A stretch of 64,000 nucleotides of DNA from Desulfocapsa sp. Its GTDB lineage: Bacteria > Desulfobacterota > Desulfobulbia > Desulfobulbales > Desulfocapsaceae. Location: the NCBI GenBank assembly GCA_029935315.1, contig JAOZKN010000001.1, positions 28,713 through 92,712 on the forward strand, given 5' to 3'. The position numbers were made by a program, and so were the translations under genes. Positions 58,605 through 64,000 of the stretch are shown here, in pieces (position 1 is the first letter of the stretch; every line of letters begins with the position of its first letter). Under the pieces are notes generated by a model. It was not told the origin of the DNA. It was given only the letters and a program-made list of their open reading frames with translations, and made no database searches.

Positions 58605-58775
58605 TACCTTGTACATTCTTTTAAAGTCTACGCGTATCTCGGATATTTTCACCCCTCAAGGGGGGCTGAACTGAGTGAAAAGAATGTGCTGAAGCTGCTT
58701 ATACTCCCTTGTGGGGTACCAGGGGATGCACTGTTCCCAAAATGTGGAGTCGCTTGACGGCTCCAAGGAGATGAT

Positions 58776-59264
58776 ATGAAGCGAATAGATCAGGTTAAGA
58801 CGGTTGTAACCCCAGTCGATTTTTCAGATAATTCCAAGCTGATTGCTGAATCTGCTGCCTTTATGGCTGGGAAATTGGATGCCTCTCTCGTGCTGCTTTT
58901 TATAGTACAGAAGTTTGAGGATTATTCCGGTTTTTTTGTTCCTCAAATGAATATTCCTGATTTTGAGCAGGATTTGTTGAGCCAGGCAAAAGAAAAGATG
59001 GACACATTTAAGACAGAACTTGAAACCTTTGCCCAGGAACAGGGTGTCTCTAAAGTTATAGGAACAGTGGTTGTGGGAGATGTGGCAGAGGCGATTGTTG
59101 GTTTTTCTTCTGAACAGGAACATGCTCTTATCGCCATGGGAACCCACGGTTACAAAGGGCTTGAAAAAATCATGTTTGGCAGTGTGGCGGATAAGGTAGT
59201 GAAATCTGCATCTTGTCCGGTGCTGACTATTAATCCTTATACCTGTTGTACTGAGAAAGAATGA
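58776..59264 (+). CDS. universal stress protein (UspA family)
   Basis: VVTPVDFSDNS...IAMGTHGYKGLEKIMFGSVADKVVKSASCPVLTI. Confidence 0.85.
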   Translation: MKRIDQVKTVVTPVDFSDNSKLIAESAAFMAGKLDASLVLLFIVQKFEDYSGFFVPQMNIPDFEQDLLSQAKEKMDTFKTELETFAQEQGVSKVIGTVVVGDVAEAIVGFSSEQEHALIAMGTHGYKGLEKIMFGSVADKVVKSASCPVLTINPYTCCTEKE

Positions 59265-59265
59265 T

Positions 59266-59450
59266 GATGGCGTAGTAAAAACTCTTCGTCCAGAGTCTTA
59301 CAGATTCGCGTACTCGCTTCGTTGCTACATTTTTTGTTTGATAACACGACGTACTGTAGTACGCCGAAATCAAATAAAAATGCACCCTAAGGGCCTCGTA
59401 TCCGTAGTTAGGGTGATTCCTGCGGGGCACGCGCTTCGCATACAAAGTTT
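59266..59450 (-). repeat. intergenic palindromic element, copy 4 (inverted orientation, expanded/degenerate)
   Basis: Reads GATGGCGTAGTAAAAACTCTTC ... CGCTTCGTTGC ... CATTTTTTGTTTGAT AACACGACGTACTGTAGTACGCCGAA ATCAAATAAAAATG ... CGCTTCGCATACAAAGTTTTC. There are two extra segments, at about 59288-59315 and about 59385-59429. It fills the gap between the usp stop and the toxin stop. Confidence 0.7.
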
Positions 59451-59750
59451 TCAATTGTTTTCGGTCAATCTTGTGTTTATCCAGTTAGGGTCTCTTCTGG
59501 TGTCCAGGATAGCTGAGACTACTATTATTCCATCTGCAATGTCATAATAGATGGCACAGGAAAATTTTTTGGTCAATAATCTGTGAAAACCAAACTGCTT
59601 AATATGGATACCCGCTAAAAAGGCTAAAGAGTCGATGTCAGCATAAAGAGTGCTAAGAAAATAATCACCGAGACCTGGCTGATTATCTTCATAAAACCTG
59701 GCCTCGGCTTTTAAGTCATCTTTAGCACTTGCTAAAAGTCTTATTAGCAT
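59451..59750 (-). CDS. type II toxin, RelE/ParE family
   Basis: 99 aa, with small-toxin architecture and an IIVVSAILDTRRDP C-terminal pattern. It overlaps the upstream antitoxin ORF by 7 nt. Confidence 0.7.
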   Translation of the reverse strand: MLIRLLASAKDDLKAEARFYEDNQPGLGDYFLSTLYADIDSLAFLAGIHIKQFGFHRLLTKKFSCAIYYDIADGIIVVSAILDTRRDPNWINTRLTENN

Positions 59751-59971
59751 AGAGCGTCTTTTTTTATTTTTGCCTTCAACTCATCTGACCAATCAAGTGT
59801 TTTTGCGTGACCACTAGTTAATTCTGCTCTGCGTTTTGCAAGAATTGGTTCGTGCCAATCTGGACTTTTAAAATCCTCTTCATTTTGAGTGAGATCGTTC
59901 CAAATGCTCTCGAGTAAGTCAAACTTTTGTTCTCGACTATATTCTTGTAGAGGTAACTTGATTCGTTCCAT
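59744..59971 (-). CDS. addiction-module antitoxin (TIGR02574-like)
   Basis: 75 aa; EQKFDLLESIWNDL...W..IL.KR..EL resembles the 'putative addiction module component' family. Confidence 0.65.
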   Translation of the reverse strand: MERIKLPLQEYSREQKFDLLESIWNDLTQNEEDFKSPDWHEPILAKRRAELTSGHAKTLDWSDELKAKIKKDALC

Positions 59972-60172
59972 GTCTTCACCTACTGTTTTTTAAATTACCA
60001 GGCATAAATATTGTAATTATAGTTGCTTACATTCTAACGTAGAAAGAAAAATTGTCAATTACACCTTTAGTTTCGTTGTGCTGTCAATTTGCCTTAAGCT
60101 TATGCACCAGCTGTATTTGAGAGATGACCACCTAAAACATATAACTTGAGTTGGAATTAGCCTTTTGGATGT

Positions 60173-61288
60173 CTATTCCCGACAGAGGGCTACAATTCCG
60201 TGACAGAGCTCACCTGACTGTGTGTCTGCTTCGTCGCGGCAAAGCTGGTCCAGTGAAATGTTGGCCAAAAATTGCAGATCAAGGATTTTACAGCCGAAAC
60301 GCTCTTTAGGAAAGTAGTATTCAACAAGATCATTCCAGTCACGGGCAAGAATACCTGCATCGGGAAGCAGAGCCACAGGATCTACCAGATCAAGGTGGCC
60401 CTGTTTGACAATTGCGCTCAGTTTATCATTAATCTCCTGCCGCACTGTTTTCGATTTTTCATGAAACTGGAGGATTGCTTCCATGGCATCTGCTTCTCTC
60501 ATCTGCATTTGGGCCGGTAGGTTGAGGCGCAAAAGAGGAACAGATACCCGGCCACTTTTTTCCTCATAATGACTGATAAGGATCTCCCCAGCCTCTTCAA
60601 TGGCAGTTGTCCATAGCCAGAAGTTTTCCGGAAGGTCGCCCGAAGCATAAAAAGTTTTCCATGCCTGGAATCGTCTTTTTATGGTGCCAGGCCGTTGCTG
60701 GTTCAGTTTGGCTCTGATACGTGTCACTTCCGCAAAAGGATTGTCCGTATCCTCTCCTGGTTCCCTGTCAAGATCACCTTTTAGCTCCTGGAACAGATCA
60801 AGTTCAGTCGAGTCAATATCTGAAAATTGCTCCGCCAGTTCAGCTTCTTCTCTGTCCAGGATTTCGGCAAGAACCAGAATGAGGCGGGCCTGCCACAGCT
60901 TTTCCGCCTGTTGCTTAGCATCTTCTTCCGGATTGCTTGTAACCCTCCCATCTGCCAGTTTAGCCATAATACTGCGATGGTTTTGATCACCCTGCTGCAA
61001 TTCTTCTGAAAGATGAGCAAGGGTCAGGTGGCTGAACTGCTCAGCATTGGTACTTTTCTGTTCCTGTATTTCCTGAATGAGTGCCAGGAAACGGTCTTTA
61101 TCTTTTCCAAGGGGAGATGGAGTATGGACTTGACAGATTCCCTTTTCCATGAAAAGATCATTAGCTGTGAAATTCTCTCCTTCCACAGCCTGCAAAAAAT
61201 GCAGCGTATCCGGGAGGAGGAGCAGAGTGTTGCGTAAGTGATGGGGAAGGACAGTTTCAGGAAAATAAAGACTATTAAGAGATTGCAT
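60173..61288 (-). CDS. hypothetical protein (371 aa, acidic)
   Basis: Long ORF with no competing ORF. No family recognised and no obvious SD upstream of the ATG. Confidence 0.45.
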   Translation of the reverse strand: MQSLNSLYFPETVLPHHLRNTLLLLPDTLHFLQAVEGENFTANDLFMEKGICQVHTPSPLGKDKDRFLALIQEIQEQKSTNAEQFSHLTLAHLSEELQQGDQNHRSIMAKLADGRVTSNPEEDAKQQAEKLWQARLILVLAEILDREEAELAEQFSDIDSTELDLFQELKGDLDREPGEDTDNPFAEVTRIRAKLNQQRPGTIKRRFQAWKTFYASGDLPENFWLWTTAIEEAGEILISHYEEKSGRVSVPLLRLNLPAQMQMREADAMEAILQFHEKSKTVRQEINDKLSAIVKQGHLDLVDPVALLPDAGILARDWNDLVEYYFPKERFGCKILDLQFLANISLDQLCRDEADTQSGELCHGIVALCRE

Positions 61289-61603
61289 ATGGAAAGCACC
61301 GAAGAGAAGAAGAATAGTAGTATGTCATTTTATGTTACGGCTGTCGTGTACCTGTTATTTAATCTGCGTATCGCTGCGGATCCCATCAGCAGTGCAATTG
61401 CAACGCTCAAACAGATAGTACTGATGGGTCCCTATGTCGCAGGTATTACGTTTGTGGTTGTGTCGTTTATCCAGTATGCGGCAGAAGGGGAAAAAGTACC
61501 CTGGCCCCAGCGTTTCAGACTGTTTTTTACCATAGGAATTTTTGCCGGACTTGTCTATGGAATTTATGATTATACTGGTGGAGCAACGGCAACCTTGCAG
61601 TAG
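61289..61603 (+). CDS. hypothetical small membrane protein (3 predicted TM segments)
   Basis: MESTEEKK..SFYVTAVVYLLFNL...GPYVAGITFVVVSFI...FFTIGIFAGLVYGIY. An alternative start is ATG 61322. Confidence 0.45.
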   Translation: MESTEEKKNSSMSFYVTAVVYLLFNLRIAADPISSAIATLKQIVLMGPYVAGITFVVVSFIQYAAEGEKVPWPQRFRLFFTIGIFAGLVYGIYDYTGGATATLQ

Positions 61604-61608
61604 TTTAT

Positions 61609-62106
61609 CTACACTTTTCTGCCGTAAATAAATTGGCCACAAATTCTGTCCGGGAATTCAGCGATCTGCGGCAGGTGTCCCCATTGGGTGAAACTGTTTT
61701 TTTCAAGGAGTGCAATGCTCACCTGATTGATATCGAGCAGGATGGCGAAGAGGTTGTGTAATCCGTACTTTGGCGCTTCCTGTATGGCGTGGGCCATAAG
61801 TTGTTTGCCAATTCCCTGCTGCTGATGGTTTTCGTCCACGTAGTAACTTATTTCAGCAACATTGGCCAGAGCCATTCGTCCTTTGCGGTGAGCGCTGAGA
61901 CTGCACCAGCCGCGTATATCTCCTTCCTGGTCTCCAACGAATACAAAGAGTGGATATTTCTCGGGAGTGTGTTCATGGAACCATTCTTTTTGCTCTGCCG
62001 TGTGTAAAGGGGTTGTGTCGGCTGTACAGTGTCCCCGTACAACTGCCTGATTATAAATGGCAACGATTTGTTCGAGATCATTGAGTGTGGCTATTCGTAT
62101 TTGCAT
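61609..62106 (-). CDS. GNAT N-acetyltransferase (phosphinothricin-acetyltransferase-like)
   Basis: IRIATLNDLEQIVAIYNQAV...HQQQGIGKQLM (Q/RxxGxG/A acetyl-CoA motif). Confidence 0.8.
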   Translation of the reverse strand: MQIRIATLNDLEQIVAIYNQAVVRGHCTADTTPLHTAEQKEWFHEHTPEKYPLFVFVGDQEGDIRGWCSLSAHRKGRMALANVAEISYYVDENHQQQGIGKQLMAHAIQEAPKYGLHNLFAILLDINQVSIALLEKNSFTQWGHLPQIAEFPDRICGQFIYGRKV

Positions 62107-62191
62107 GGTAAAGAGTTATTAAGAAGGGTATAGTTTTTCTTGAATGGCACTGGTGTTAAGCTTTTCATTCGAGAGCTCTTCTGCAACCGCA

Positions 62192-62269
62192 GTGTTACAA
62201 CTGGTCACCGACAAATGTCCACGCTCGTACCTCGCTGCGGGATTATTTGTCGGTGACCAGTTGTAACAC
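62192..62269. repeat. perfect 25-bp inverted repeat with a 28-nt spacer
   Basis: GTGTTACAACTGGTCACCGACAAAT (62192-62216) and its exact complement ATTTGTCGGTGACCAGTTGTAACAC (62245-62269). Extends by GCA/TGC past a 1-nt bulge, to 62189-62273. Confidence 0.9.
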
Positions 62270-62383
62270 CTGCTATCAGCTGAATTAGAGAATGCTGTTT
62301 GTTGTTAGCTGAATTTAGTGGTCATTGGATAGATTTTTGCGTCATCATACTCGACAAGCTCGTTAAAAGTAAAACATTTCATA

Positions 62384-64000
62384 ATGTTCTATCTCCATCT
62401 CTCAAATAAAACAGAAAACCTTATCCGCCAACTGACGGAAGTCCTGAGTCTTGTCAGCAATCGGGATCCCTTTCACCCCGAATACTTTCTCATTCAGAGT
62501 CAGGGCATGGAACGTATGCTTTCCCAGCATCTGTCCGAACGCTTTGTCTCCTGGTGTAATTATGAATATTTGTTGCCCACACGATTTTTTGCCCTGATGG
62601 CGGATCGTCTGGGCCTTGAAAACGGACCGGAAGACTACGCGCGTGAAAAACTCAGCTGGCGGCTGGAACAGATTCTCCGTTCTGTGGACGGGGAAGAGTT
62701 TTCAGCTCTTCGTGCTTACGTGAGTGGGGACGCTGCAGAAATGAAACGTTACCAGCTTGCCGGTCATCTGGCATATGTTTTTGATCAATATCAGATTATG
62801 CGGCCTGATATGGTTGATGGTTGGGAGAACGGGCGCTTATCGTGCAGGAATAATAAATCTGCTGAGCAGTATCAGATGAAACTCTGGAATATCCTGCGTG
62901 CAGCAATTGGACATTCCAGACATCGAGGCGTTTTTCTGCGTGATCTGGTACAGCAGTTGCGCCGGAAAAAAAATCTTAGCGAACTGCTTCCCGAGAGACT
63001 TTCGGTTTTTGGCCTGCACAGTATGCCACCTGTTTTTCTCCAGTGCATACAGGCCTTATCACTCCACTGCCATGTGCATTTTTACCTTTTATCCCCCTGT
63101 GAAAATTATTGGGGGGACCAGATGCGGGTGCAGTCGCATCTGCGGCAGGACAATATGGAGTCTTTGGCGAATGGCCACCCCTTGTTGCAATCCCTTGGAC
63201 AACAGGGCAGGGAATTTCAGAACATGCTGTCTGATGTTGATGTCGGGGGTGAGTTCAAAAGTTTTGCTGAAGTGTTCAGGGAAGAGCGTCCCCGGCTGTT
63301 GCAAAAAATCCAGTCTGACCTGTTAGGGGGAGAGGTGTTGCAGACTGGAACGTCATTTCCCAAAAAAGATGATTCTCTGGCCATTGTCTCTGCCCATTCT
63401 CCCCATCGGGAGATGATGATTTTACGGGATCGCATCTTATACTGGCTTGACCATGATCCTGATCTTGAGCTTAAGGATATTGTGGTGATGGCACCTGAAA
63501 TTCAGGACTACTCTGCTCTTATTCCCGCCTTGTTTCACGATATCCCTCACTCCATAGCGGATAGGAATCCAGTTTTCAGCAATACATATATTGCAACATT
63601 TATCCAGTTGCTGAAGCTTTGTTCCGGCCGTTTTGGCTGGGGGGACGTTCTTGACCTCCTGGAGAGAGAAGAGGTCTATCCACGATTTGAAATTGCTGAG
63701 AATGATTTGGGACAGATCCGCCACTGGGTGCAGTCATCCGGGATTCGCTGGGGCTTGTCAGGTAAACAAAGAGGGGAGATGGGACTTCCCGGGGGCGAGG
63801 AGTGTACCTGGAAGTCAGGCCTTGAACGGCTGCTTATGGGATATGCTGTAAATGCAGACGAGACTGTGCATTCCATTCTTCCCTACGAGGATATTGAGGG
63901 CGGTATGGCAGCTCCTCTTGGTGGCCTGTCCCGCTTTTGTGAAATTCTTGAGCAGACACAGAAACAATTTTCCCGCTCTCGCAAGCTGGCAGACTGGAGT
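62384..64000 (+). CDS. recC: exodeoxyribonuclease V gamma subunit (RecC), N-terminal 539 codons; continues past the right edge
   Basis: Own translation from ATG 62384: MFYLHLSNKTENLIRQL...DPFHPEYFLIQSQGMERMLSQHL...FDQYQIMRPDMV...SPCENYWGD...HSPHREMMILRDRIL...IRWGL...LLMGYA. It is collinear with E. coli RecC (MLRVYHSNRLD..., DQYLVYRPDW, NPCRYYWGD, HSPQREVEVLHDRLL, IRWGI, MLLGYA). Absent from the ORF track because there is no stop in the window. Confidence 0.9.
   Translation, partial: MFYLHLSNKTENLIRQLTEVLSLVSNRDPFHPEYFLIQSQGMERMLSQHLSERFVSWCNYEYLLPTRFFALMADRLGLENGPEDYAREKLSWRLEQILRSVDGEEFSALRAYVSGDAAEMKRYQLAGHLAYVFDQYQIMRPDMVDGWENGRLSCRNNKSAEQYQMKLWNILRAAIGHSRHRGVFLRDLVQQLRRKKNLSELLPERLSVFGLHSMPPVFLQCIQALSLHCHVHFYLLSPCENYWGDQMRVQSHLRQDNMESLANGHPLLQSLGQQGREFQNMLSDVDVGGEFKSFAEVFREERPRLLQKIQSDLLGGEVLQTGTSFPKKDDSLAIVSAHSPHREMMILRDRILYWLDHDPDLELKDIVVMAPEIQDYSALIPALFHDIPHSIADRNPVFSNTYIATFIQLLKLCSGRFGWGDVLDLLEREEVYPRFEIAENDLGQIRHWVQSSGIRWGLSGKQRGEMGLPGGEECTWKSGLERLLMGYAVNADETVHSILPYEDIEGGMAAPLGGLSRFCEILEQTQKQFSRSRKLADWS

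Noticed and set aside
62189-62273. Possibility that the 25-bp inverted repeat is an integron attC site or an intrinsic terminator.
   Set aside because: The arm ends (..TGTTACAAC / GTTGTAACA..) do not fit the RYYYAAC / GTTRRRY attC core sites. attC stems are imperfect with extrahelical bases, and no integrase is nearby. There is no T/U run on either strand, so it is not an intrinsic terminator.

Overview
This is a 64-kb chromosomal segment, read by eye without tools; all family assignments come from motif recognition and memory. It is densely coding and looks like a sulfate-reducing Desulfobacterota (Desulfobulbales-like) genome. The evidence for that is a true two-cysteine DsrC, an HdrC/MvhD/MetV-type module, and moderate GC.

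Most of the window is housekeeping:
- elbB-hpt
- an HdrC-like/MvhD-like/MetV-like trio
- moeA, mutM, a PPTase and cvpA
- a GT2/DUF2064 pair
- rfbDA and manBC nucleotide-sugar genes
- mtnA
- a nitrogen supercluster (amt-amt-PII-glnD-glnA)
- cysC, galU and tRNA-Arg(UCU)
- a giant SNF2 ATPase coupled to a DUF721 gene
- ppiD and dsrC
- an ABC-F gene, HIT, cmoAB and a biotin ligase
- recO, rodZ-like, surA-like and uppP
- sirC-ccsA-hemA
- ligA, asmA and usp
- a small lower-GC islet (ParE/RelE TA pair, hypotheticals, GNAT)
- the 5' part of recC

The most unusual observations are:
1. A single 782-aa ORF fuses an intact CysK-type PLP cysteine synthase to a CysRS-like domain. That domain keeps the Zn/cysteine-binding residues but has lost the HIGH and KMSKS signatures.
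2. A family of ~126-147-bp intergenic palindromic elements has conserved termini and apex and a covarying inner stem. There are four copies plus fragments, all abutting stop codons or an RBS.
3. A tightly coupled four-gene operon encodes an M23 peptidase, a bactofilin, a small Zn-ribbon protein and a RimK/LysX-like ATP-grasp ligase.
4. A perfect 25-bp inverted repeat sits in the GNAT/recC divergent region.

No CRISPR array, rRNA, transposase or integrase was seen.
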